A stretch of 64,000 nucleotides of DNA from a virus. Below are positions 28,134 through 36,631 of this stretch, piece after piece (positions within the stretch are counted from its first letter, which is position 1; each line of letters starts with the position of its first letter). The stretch lies in the IMG/VR virus record IMGVR_UViG_3300034520_000378. The stretch is one strand, 5' to 3'. A model generated the notes under the pieces. That model was not told the origin of the DNA and ran no database searches. It saw nothing but the letters and a program-made list of their open reading frames with translations. Made by a program: the position numbers and the translations under genes.

Positions 28134-28577
28134 GTGAACATGTGCTGCTTTGTAGGCCGTATTGCCACCGATCTGGAGATAAAGGAGAGTAACAATGTGT
28201 CGTACCTCAGATTCAGGGTTGCGGTCAGACGTCCTGTTTCGCGTAAGGAGGGTGAGCCGGACACCGATTTTGTACCGTGCGTAGCATTCAATAAGACGGC
28301 GGAATTCATACACAAGAACTTCAAGAAAGGCGATTACATCTCGCTCATCACGACATACAGGACGGATAAGTACACTGCACCTGACGGTACGTCACGTACA
28401 ACGCACGACTTCTACGTTGAACATGCAGAGTTTTGCTCTCCGCGTCAGAGTAGGCACGAAGGTGAAGAACTGCCGCCGTCTCCAGCTCCGCGGCTCACGG
28501 TAGTCAATACCAAACAACAGAATGCCCCTGCTTCGTCCAGCACTGTTGCGGACTTTGGTATCGAATTGCCGTTTTAA
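28134..28577 (+). CDS. ssb: single-stranded DNA-binding protein 2
   Basis: VGRIATD, TDFVPCVAF, FKKGD, ELPF tail. Confidence 0.9.
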   Translation: MNMCCFVGRIATDLEIKESNNVSYLRFRVAVRRPVSRKEGEPDTDFVPCVAFNKTAEFIHKNFKKGDYISLITTYRTDKYTAPDGTSRTTHDFYVEHAEFCSPRQSRHEGEELPPSPAPRLTVVNTKQQNAPASSSTVADFGIELPF

Positions 28578-28646
28578 CACCTTATCCCCTCCGGCCTCGT
28601 GCTGGAGGGGATTTTTGCTTACCACCACAAAGGGGAGGTAGATACC

Positions 28647-29135
28647 GTGCTGGTTATGCACGACGTGTTGATGTGCAGATATTGTGGTTCGCCGTATATT
28701 GCCTACTATACCCGGACTACGCATTTTGGTTTCGGGCCGGATGGCTCTGTCTTACAGGACACGGACCATGCTTCGGACTTTGACTACTGCTACGTATGCG
28801 GCGAAGAGCCGGACTTTGAGGAGGGCGCACTGGTCTACGTGCCCAAGCGCTCATTACTGCTTGCCTTCGGTCGCGGATCGGACTTTGGTGTGCTTCATGT
28901 GTACCGGGTACCGCATTCCGTGTCGGATGACGGTAGTGTCTATTACGATGATATGCGTCCCACCGAGATAGCCACCCTGCAGGAGAATGAGTTCACGTTA
29001 TCTCTGCTCCGCTCTCTGTTCTCCGGCGATTCTTCCGACGAACAGAAGATGGAGATACTTGAGACGCTGTTAGGCCCTGCGCTCTGCGATCCGTTCTACG
29101 ACGGAGGCGAAGAAGATGCATACGCTGCTCAATGA
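28647..29135 (+). CDS. paralog family A Zn-ribbon protein
   Basis: CRYCGSPY...YCYVC...TLQENEFT...LETLLG. Confidence 0.7.
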   Translation: MLVMHDVLMCRYCGSPYIAYYTRTTHFGFGPDGSVLQDTDHASDFDYCYVCGEEPDFEEGALVYVPKRSLLLAFGRGSDFGVLHVYRVPHSVSDDGSVYYDDMRPTEIATLQENEFTLSLLRSLFSGDSSDEQKMEILETLLGPALCDPFYDGGEEDAYAAQ

Positions 29136-29742
29136 ATTGTACGACCTGGCCAGCCGCCTGGATGTATACCTAGATATGACGCTAGAGGACAATTTACTAC
29201 TCCTTAACTTCGATGAGACACTCACCAGTACTGCTCAGGTCCTTGTACGAGCTGTAGCTGTTAATGATAGGCATACCGATGCTGGATATGACGTACCATG
29301 GATCCCGTTTATTGTGTTTTACGCCAAACACAGCAATTTTGATCCGGAGCAGTTTGTTGGTCAGACTATGTCATTTGTTCGAGACCTCATACGTACGGCT
29401 ATTCAAGTAACACAGCAGATTGTGGATGGCGCTGGTCCCGAGACGGCTGCTAACGAAGTGGACAGGTTCATTGCACACGCATCTGCTGTATATGACTATG
29501 CGTTCACCGTGCTCAGCTCATGTACGGGCATGTTTAGCACTTTCTCTATGCATGATGTGTATACTCTGCCGGCTGTGGTGCGTACCGCATCAGACGCCCA
29601 TGCCGCTGCAAAGCATCTGCTCTGCTCTACTGTACACATTGTCAGCTGCCTTGCGTTTGAACTGCACACGTGGCGCGAGCGTGCTGATGAGTTCATTCGT
29701 GATTTAGCTAAACGGTGCAACCAAGAGGAGGTGAAAGCATGA
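29116..29742 (+). CDS. paralog family B protein
   Basis: LLNELYDLASRLD...WRERADEF. Confidence 0.65.
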   Translation: MHTLLNELYDLASRLDVYLDMTLEDNLLLLNFDETLTSTAQVLVRAVAVNDRHTDAGYDVPWIPFIVFYAKHSNFDPEQFVGQTMSFVRDLIRTAIQVTQQIVDGAGPETAANEVDRFIAHASAVYDYAFTVLSSCTGMFSTFSMHDVYTLPAVVRTASDAHAAAKHLLCSTVHIVSCLAFELHTWRERADEFIRDLAKRCNQEEVKA

Positions 29743-30191
29743 CCTTGATTGTGAAGCGCTTGCTTGTGTGTCCCTGCTGCGGCTCACCATACGTTGAATA
29801 CCAGCATGGTACTACCACGTATGGATTTGCCTTTACCGGTGAAGCACTATCGCACAACAGTTATATAAACACCTACTGTTGGGTGTGTGAGGACCATGTG
29901 AGCCCGCAGGAAGTATCCGTGATATACACACCGGACGGTCGGTTGTTCACGCTACTGTGTCAGTATGCAGAGGGAACTATGTACGTCTATAACGTTTCGT
30001 GTACTGCTGATGATAATGCTGTACACTTTACCGACGACGAGCAGATACTGATCGCCCAGCTCACACTCAACCAGTTTACCGAGTCTCTTCTTGCCACCGT
30101 TACAGACGTTTCACTGCCGGACGAGGACAGGCTCCAAGCACTGAGCATACTGCTTGGAGAATCAGAGGAGGTGAAAGAGCGTGCTTGTTAA
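29739..30191 (+). CDS. paralog family A Zn-ribbon protein
   Basis: CPCCGSPY...YCWVC...LTLNQFT...ILLGE. Confidence 0.7.
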   Translation: MTLIVKRLLVCPCCGSPYVEYQHGTTTYGFAFTGEALSHNSYINTYCWVCEDHVSPQEVSVIYTPDGRLFTLLCQYAEGTMYVYNVSCTADDNAVHFTDDEQILIAQLTLNQFTESLLATVTDVSLPDEDRLQALSILLGESEEVKERAC

Positions 30192-30615
30192 GCGTATGTT
30201 CCTGTGCGAGCTTTGCGGCTCGCCATACATACGGTATACACAGACAGTTGACTTTGAAGGCTTTACGTTAGATGGCAAGGATGTTGTGGACATAGCATAT
30301 GCAGGGTATGCCTACTGCTGGGTTTGTGAAAGCAATATGGAGGCAACGGACGGATACCTAATATATGCCGATGGCAAGTTATACGGCCTGCTGGAGGACT
30401 ATAACCGACAGCTGCGCATATACGAAGTGCCTTTTACATTGCAGCACGATACCGTCTCTCCCAAGAAGCAGTCGCCGCAGCTGCTTACCACACTGCAACT
30501 CAATGACTTCACGCGTGCGATCCTAGATACGCTGCTTGATGATTACGCTCCCAAAGGATACAGGTTTGAGATGTTACACATTCTTCTTGGGGAGGTGTCA
30601 GAGCATGCTTGTTAA
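30181..30615 (+). CDS. paralog family A Zn-ribbon protein
   Basis: CELCGSPY...YCWVC...TLQLNDFT. Confidence 0.75.
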   Translation: MLVKRMFLCELCGSPYIRYTQTVDFEGFTLDGKDVVDIAYAGYAYCWVCESNMEATDGYLIYADGKLYGLLEDYNRQLRIYEVPFTLQHDTVSPKKQSPQLLTTLQLNDFTRAILDTLLDDYAPKGYRFEMLHILLGEVSEHAC

Positions 30616-31039
30616 GCGTATGTTCCTGTGCGAGCTTTGCGGCTCGCCATGCATTCAGTACACACAGACAGTAGAGTTCGCAGGCTTTACCCTTAGCGGC
30701 AAGGAGATAACTGAAACTATGTATGATGGGTATGCCTACTGCTGGGCTTGCGAGCGTACCACAGAAGCTATGGAGGGCTACCTGCTGTACAACGATGGTG
30801 AGCTGTACAGCATAATGGAGGACTACGACCGGCACCTGCGCATATACATGGTGCCGTTTAGAATGACTCACGACGAGCTTTACCCTGAGGAGCAGCCGCC
30901 GGAGCTGCTTGCCACACTGCAGCTTAACGAGTTCACACGTGCGCTCCTCAACGCACTGCTTGATGACTATGCTCCTCACGGCTACAGGCTCGAGATGTTC
31001 TACACTCTGCTGGGGGAGGTGGTAGATTATGCTCAATGA
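30605..31039 (+). CDS. paralog family A Zn-ribbon protein (recent duplicate of the previous gene)
   Basis: About 45 nt identical to the start of 30181. Confidence 0.75.
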   Translation: MLVKRMFLCELCGSPCIQYTQTVEFAGFTLSGKEITETMYDGYAYCWACERTTEAMEGYLLYNDGELYSIMEDYDRHLRIYMVPFRMTHDELYPEEQPPELLATLQLNEFTRALLNALLDDYAPHGYRLEMFYTLLGEVVDYAQ

Positions 31040-32030
31040 ACTTGTCCATGACCTGTTTGATATGGCAGCGGAGCTGGATGTTGAGCTACCGCTGGATATT
31101 GAGCAGACTGTGATGATAAGCGACATGGAATCGGTAATTGCCTCTACTGCCAGGATCCTAAAACAGCTTACCAACTACCGACAGGCTGTTTACACCGGAT
31201 ACATAGACGCGCAGTTTAACGTACCGCAGCCGTCACTGCCAGCTGAGTTTAAGTCATACCCGGATCTGATGGCTGGGGCCCACGCTCAAATGCTTGCCGA
31301 CAGATGGTACTTGTACCGCGACCTGTCTGATTCGAACCTTTTTACATGCTGCAGCCCCAAACACCTTAAGGACGCAGTCCGTACCTACTTCAGTGGTATC
31401 GTACACAAAGCATCCGGTGACGGCTGTGATACGTACAGCGCTGTAGTGGCAATCCCGCTTTGCGCATCGCAGCTGCTGCCCATGGTCAAATGGGGGCTTG
31501 ATGCTGATGCGCTAACCGACCAGCTTCTCTATTTGCTCAGCGAGCTGACGCGCACCACTCTAGCAGCGGTAGAGAAGCTGCGTGCCGGCCAAAGGCCTTT
31601 TGACGTCTCCGAGCTGTTCTTCGTCACGCTCACCCGCGTCACACCGGTATGCAGCTATGCACGGGTCGTCGTAAACGACTGCACGACACCCAGCACATTC
31701 CTGTGCTTTGACGACATATACCTGGCCATCTCTATACTGCGTGACACGGATTCCTCAGCCGAGGCTGCGCGCCTCTTGCTGCAGCACACCGCTAGTGCCA
31801 TGGCCCACTTTGCTAAACTGCTTACCCAGTGGCAGCACCAGGCTAATGAGTTCATGCGCGGCATAGAACTTGCCAGTGCGGTGCTCCGCTTCGTTACTGA
31901 TGTAGCAAAGCAAAGGCTGGAGGAATACGCTGCATCCTGTGCTACGCTCCAGCACTGGGAATCGTTTATAAGCTATAACTATCCCGGTTACTACACTCTA
32001 TTCTTCGGACGGGAGGCGGTCGTGATATGA
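31029..32030 (+). CDS. paralog family B protein
   Basis: LVHDLFDMAAELD...HWESFISYNYPGYY. Confidence 0.7.
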   Translation: MLNELVHDLFDMAAELDVELPLDIEQTVMISDMESVIASTARILKQLTNYRQAVYTGYIDAQFNVPQPSLPAEFKSYPDLMAGAHAQMLADRWYLYRDLSDSNLFTCCSPKHLKDAVRTYFSGIVHKASGDGCDTYSAVVAIPLCASQLLPMVKWGLDADALTDQLLYLLSELTRTTLAAVEKLRAGQRPFDVSELFFVTLTRVTPVCSYARVVVNDCTTPSTFLCFDDIYLAISILRDTDSSAEAARLLLQHTASAMAHFAKLLTQWQHQANEFMRGIELASAVLRFVTDVAKQRLEEYAASCATLQHWESFISYNYPGYYTLFFGREAVVI

Positions 32031-33067
32031 CACAGGTTTCTATAGCTGACTATCGCATTGACCAGCTGCTGTCAAAACTGTTCGATGTAGCGGCACAGTT
32101 TGACTTTGAGCCGGACATGCCAGTCGATACCGCCATGCTGATTACAACACTCCCCTCTCTGTTGGATAAGGCTATGAACGCAATGCATGAGGCGGTGAAA
32201 GTGTATAGTGACGAATACGAGGACGGCTACATTATTGACACGATAACAGTTTATGAACCGTCTCCACCGTCGTCGTTCTTTGACTATGATGACCTACTCA
32301 ACGCAGCATACCACATATTATCCTTAGACTTGGGCGATCTGTATGACAACCTTAACGATCCTGACTATCTTGCGGAGCTCGTTTCTCCTGAACACAAGCG
32401 CATCATTAAGGAGTACTTTCATGAGTTTAAGTACTCCAGCTCGTATGGCTGCGTGGACTACTTTAACCTGCGCCTTGACCTTCCCAGTTGTCCGGATATC
32501 GTCCATGCATTCTACAACTGGGAGATTTCCGCTCTTGATCTTGGCGACGCGCTCAAGGAACTGATAGTTGACCTATTTGAGTATGTCACCTCTGCGCTTG
32601 TCAAACTCCATACTGATGGTGACATGGAAGCTGCACGTCGTGCGCTATATGACGTTTATTACAGTATCACTGAGCACCACTCCGAGACTATCGATAAGTT
32701 GGCGTTTGTAGCTGATCTCCATACGGACATAGACAGCTTCAGATACGGCTTCGACAAGGATGCACACTTCTCCAGTGCCGACGAGCTGGCCCATACCGCT
32801 CTTCAGACTCTGTTCGAATTCCTGACAGAACTGACAGAGTCATTGGTAGAATGGGAAGCAGATGCCAGGTGGTTTGTAGAAGAGTGTCGGGCCTGCTTCA
32901 AAGCATTCAATAAACTGACTGACGCTATACAGAAACAGTTCAAAGACCTTGAGGTGTGGGCTGAGGATGAGGAGGCCTGGCGCGATTTTGTCGCTGAAGC
33001 CTACCCAGAGTACTACGCTGAGGTATACGAGTCCGACGCTGTGGCAGGTGGCTGCAATGCATCCTGA
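32027..33067 (+). CDS. paralog family B protein, very acidic
   Basis: LLSKLFDVAAQFD...AWRDFVAEAYPEYY. Confidence 0.7.
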   Translation: MTQVSIADYRIDQLLSKLFDVAAQFDFEPDMPVDTAMLITTLPSLLDKAMNAMHEAVKVYSDEYEDGYIIDTITVYEPSPPSSFFDYDDLLNAAYHILSLDLGDLYDNLNDPDYLAELVSPEHKRIIKEYFHEFKYSSSYGCVDYFNLRLDLPSCPDIVHAFYNWEISALDLGDALKELIVDLFEYVTSALVKLHTDGDMEAARRALYDVYYSITEHHSETIDKLAFVADLHTDIDSFRYGFDKDAHFSSADELAHTALQTLFEFLTELTESLVEWEADARWFVEECRACFKAFNKLTDAIQKQFKDLEVWAEDEEAWRDFVAEAYPEYYAEVYESDAVAGGCNAS

Positions 33068-33637
33068 AGAGGCTCTGCGTCAGGCGCTCCTCGCTTTTCA
33101 TACCGCCACCGAGCTTTGCTCAAGCCTGCCGGGCGTATCTATTGAGTCAATCTCGCTCGAGACCGCGCTTTTTCTCGAGGATGCGCATGCAAACTTTGCG
33201 TCTGTCTTCAAACAGACAGCTGATTTCTACCGGTCCTGCCAGCGCTACTTAACCGTTCTAGTCGAGATACCGGAAATTAATGTACCCAAGCTTTTCGACC
33301 AGGAACGCTATCTTGACCTTTCCATGGCCGTGTTCAAGGAAATAGCGGTGCGCTTAGTGTTGATGAGACGGTAGATTCGCTTCTGACTCACGCCGACCGT
33401 ACCGTCGACAGCCTGGTCGGTACTATCATGGGCTGGCTTGACGATATTGCCTGCGACAGACGTATAAACGAGAGGCGCGCTTCTGCTCTAGACATGATTT
33501 CCCGCTTCGTACAGGATATGCTTGAAGACTATGCCAGACGCTGTGCTGACCCGGGGCACTGGCGCGGTTTCGTTGCTCAGCACTTTCCCCAGTACTACCA
33601 TGAGCTGTACCCGGAAATTCCTCAAGAAACATGTTGA
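33057..33637 (+). pseudogene. family B member split by a probable frameshift (33057-33374 and 33428-33637)
   Basis: C-terminal piece HWRGFVAQHFPQYY matches family B ends; the frames overlap near 33320-33374. Confidence 0.45.
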
Positions 33638-33663
33638 CACATGTGTCCCATATATGGTACAAT
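33634..33663 (+). promoter_or_regulatory. sigmaA-like promoter with operator
   Basis: TTGACA-18-TACAAT; TGTCCC-N6-GGTACA. Confidence 0.65.
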
Positions 33664-34209
33664 ATAATTAGCAACACCCCTCCACCCCTGCACTGAAGTG
33701 CCCCGGAAGAGTTCACGAGTTACCGGGTTGAATGCAGCCCGCCGGAAAGCCGGCGGGCTGCATAACACTGTCTTTCAGGAGAGGTTGTGCATGCTTATTG
33801 ATGCACTCATCGTGAAGAACAACAAGCCGATAGTCTTCAAATGCGATACCTCATGCCCCTATTTTCACGATCACTGCTGCTGTGCAGGCAAGAAAGCGTT
33901 CAGGGGCATTCTAATTGAGCCAGGTATGCTCTGTCCACTCTTACCCAAGGAAGGAGGTGTTTTTCTTGCCGAAGATAGCGATAACCGATCTGGACGGTAG
34001 AGACGTTACTATTGACGCCCAGGAGTTTATACTAGTTGGCTATGGTACGCCGGAGGGCGAAAAGGAACCGCGGATCTTCTCGCTTTCGCATGCCGCTCCA
34101 ATCTTTGTTGCGCTGGCCTCCAAGATTGTAGATACCATGGCATACAACGAGATTGACGAGATCATGCGCGCAACGCAGCTTCTGCAGTCTGAAGAGGAGG
34201 AGAAGTGAC

Positions 34210-34497
34210 ATGCTGCGACCGATTGGAGCACGGTGTGTTATACAGCGCATCAAAGATCCCAACTCCAAGATCATTATCCCCGAAAGCGATAAGCTGCGCG
34301 GTGATGTGTACGTCCCGGCTGTAGTCCTGGCAGTCGGTGACGGTGCCTACCTCGAGTCCGGCGAAAAGGTGCCGGTCTGTGTGAAGCCGGGCGACAAAGT
34401 CCTGGTTCCCGAGCGTGTTGGCTACCACATTCGCCAGGACAATCAGGAGTACATCATCATAAACGAGCGCGACATTATTGCCGTCCTTGAGGAGTGA
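34210..34497 (+). CDS. groES: co-chaperonin GroES-like
   Basis: MLRPIGAR, IIIPES, VLAVGDG, VKPGDKV, ERDIIAVLE. Confidence 0.9.
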   Translation: MLRPIGARCVIQRIKDPNSKIIIPESDKLRGDVYVPAVVLAVGDGAYLESGEKVPVCVKPGDKVLVPERVGYHIRQDNQEYIIINERDIIAVLEE

Positions 34498-34528
34498 CTT
34501 ATCGCCGGGCCTATGGCCCGGCTGTACG

Positions 34529-34605
34529 GGCGGAGTAGCTCAATCAGGCAGAGCAGCAGTCTCCAAAACTGCCGGCTGCGGGTTCAAGTCCCGCCTCCCC
34601 CGCCA
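34529..34605 (+). tRNA. tRNA-Trp(CCA)
   Basis: Cloverleaf; anticodon arm gcagt-CTCCAAA-actgc; T-loop TTCAAGT; G73; encoded CCA; C3:C70 mismatch. Confidence 0.9.
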
Positions 34606-34630
34606 AAACTCTGAGAAAGGAGGTAAAAGC

Positions 34631-34828
34631 ATGCTTTTCAAGAGCGTTGAAGTAAGATGTCCGTATTGCGGAACAGTCAATATGGTCGACATTGAATTTC
34701 CTGGATACTCTCAACCCAGAGTAATCACATGCGACATTGAACAGGGCGGTTGCGACAAATACTTTGTCGTACAGCCTCATGTAAATGTCGAAGTGAAAAC
34801 CTACAAAATCGAAGGGATGGAGGATTGA
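34631..34828 (+). CDS. small Zn-ribbon protein
   Basis: AAAGGAGG RBS; CPYC...C...GGC. Confidence 0.6.
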   Translation: MLFKSVEVRCPYCGTVNMVDIEFPGYSQPRVITCDIEQGGCDKYFVVQPHVNVEVKTYKIEGMED

Positions 34829-35072
34829 ATCAGGACATTCGCATAACAAGTTCTCAACAGGAGAGATGATCTTTGTTACCGTGGTAGGCGTAAGGATCAA
34901 GCGTAGGAGGTGAAGGTATGCCCAATATGATACGTGTCCAAACCGAACAGGATAGGGATCAGCTTGCGATAATCCTCATCAGGGCCGGCTATAAGGTCTG
35001 GGCCGAGCGCAAGCATGACGCCAGCCTGACAAGCTGCAGTCACTATGTCTATTGGGAAGACATATCCCAGGA

Positions 35073-35196
35073 TGGAACGAACCAATCATATTCAGTAGAT
35101 CTCTAAGCTCATATAAGCAGGTATGTTACAGTAGTACAGGATCCCTGCTATACACAAGCGTAAGCTAAGCCTTGTTTAATGGTATGGTTCGTTCCA
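35073..35196. repeat. palindromic element, copy 2
   Basis: TGGAACGAACCA...TGGTTCGTTCCA with internal words shared with 2901-3085. Confidence 0.75.
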
Positions 35197-35233
35197 GGGG
35201 ACCATACCAAATACTAGCACGGAGGTGTGACGA

Positions 35234-36559
35234 TTGATTTACGCGCTAACGGACGTGCCACAGAAGCTCAACTCACAGACCAAGTCAAAGCTCACATGGC
35301 TCTCGCGCTACATGAGCTATGACTATATTGCCATCTTCAAGGCCGGGGGCTGGTCTGAGGCCGACGGCTACCGCTTTACGGCGTTTCTCAACTTCATGTA
35401 TCCCGAACTGAAGCATGCCATTATCTTCAACTATCCCATTGGGCATTCGGTAGGCTATATAGCCAAGCAGCTGGGCATGCGCAAGGAGGACGTCAACCAC
35501 TGCCAGCACCTTGCCTGTCTGTTTGGGATGCTCGAGAAGGATCGTCTGCTCTACTCACGCAAGAAAAAGCGTCCGGACAGGTTCCACTTTAAGACCGGTG
35601 TACCGCCGCAGCAGATAGTGGACGTGCTGCGCAGGCTCTCCTCTGCCGGTATAAAGTCTCTCAAACAGCTTACGAAGAAGAATGTTGCAGAGGCTGGTTT
35701 TACCGGTCTTGACAGAATCTATAGGCGCGACCGCCGCGGCGACAAAGGCATAACGTTTGAGGAATCCTACGCAGCAAGGCGTATGGACCAGCAGCTGCTG
35801 TTCAATATTGTCACATCACGTCCAGAGGAGCTGCTCCCCTATCTTCCCGATGGTATCAAGCCACAGCCGTTCACTCTGCCGTCCGGAAAGCAGGTCTACA
35901 GGTTTGTCGGCAAGTATGTTGACAGGTACGTTGTCGCTGTCCTGCCGCCGATTAACCCTGGAGAGAGCTACAGCTTCAAGATCTATCCTGACCTTGACCG
36001 TTCTTTGGATGACTACAACACATTTGCCATACTGCACAAAGGCAAGCCGCTTGATGCTCCTGGTGTGGTCTTTGATGGTCTCATCAAGGACTTCATAGAG
36101 TGCTACCACGGTGTGCCGCAGGGCTACAGCATTGTGCCTGCAGGTAATGGGATGTACAGGTTCCACAAAGATTTACCGGACGCCCCCACATCTGTCTGGC
36201 AGACCATGTTGGGCAATTACGACGCCTCTCACTTGCTCGACAGGATGTACAATTCTATTCTGGCTCCGTGTCTTGATTACGACTACTTTGAGCGGTTTGT
36301 CAATCGCCCGGCTCATGTAATCACGACTAAATATCCCGAACTCCTGCCAGCACCTGACGGTATGGAGTGGAAACTGCGGCATGGCCGTCACGGCTGTTAC
36401 TATCAGCTTACACCCCTTTCCCCGCACCTTAAGACCGTTCCCGTTCTTACGCGCACCTACCGCGGACGCGGGCTTATGTGGCACTTTGTCAGCAAGGATA
36501 AGGTAGACGAGTTTGTAAACAGGTTCGAGAAGGAGAGAAAAAAGATCACTGCTGCGTAA
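35234..36559 (+). CDS. hypothetical basic protein, possible DNA-binding or replication factor
   Basis: 441 aa; HTH-like SVGYIAKQLGM; directly upstream of dnaE. Confidence 0.6.
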   Translation: MIYALTDVPQKLNSQTKSKLTWLSRYMSYDYIAIFKAGGWSEADGYRFTAFLNFMYPELKHAIIFNYPIGHSVGYIAKQLGMRKEDVNHCQHLACLFGMLEKDRLLYSRKKKRPDRFHFKTGVPPQQIVDVLRRLSSAGIKSLKQLTKKNVAEAGFTGLDRIYRRDRRGDKGITFEESYAARRMDQQLLFNIVTSRPEELLPYLPDGIKPQPFTLPSGKQVYRFVGKYVDRYVVAVLPPINPGESYSFKIYPDLDRSLDDYNTFAILHKGKPLDAPGVVFDGLIKDFIECYHGVPQGYSIVPAGNGMYRFHKDLPDAPTSVWQTMLGNYDASHLLDRMYNSILAPCLDYDYFERFVNRPAHVITTKYPELLPAPDGMEWKLRHGRHGCYYQLTPLSPHLKTVPVLTRTYRGRGLMWHFVSKDKVDEFVNRFEKERKKITAA

Positions 36560-36631
36560 GGGCGGCGTCACTCTCCGTTCGCGCCGAATGTGATTCAGCT
36601 AAATAGTGCATCTAATTGAACACGAAAGGGG

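Noticed and set aside
28647-33637. Diversity-generating retroelement
   Set aside because: No reverse transcriptase in the window; paralog differences are not adenine-specific.
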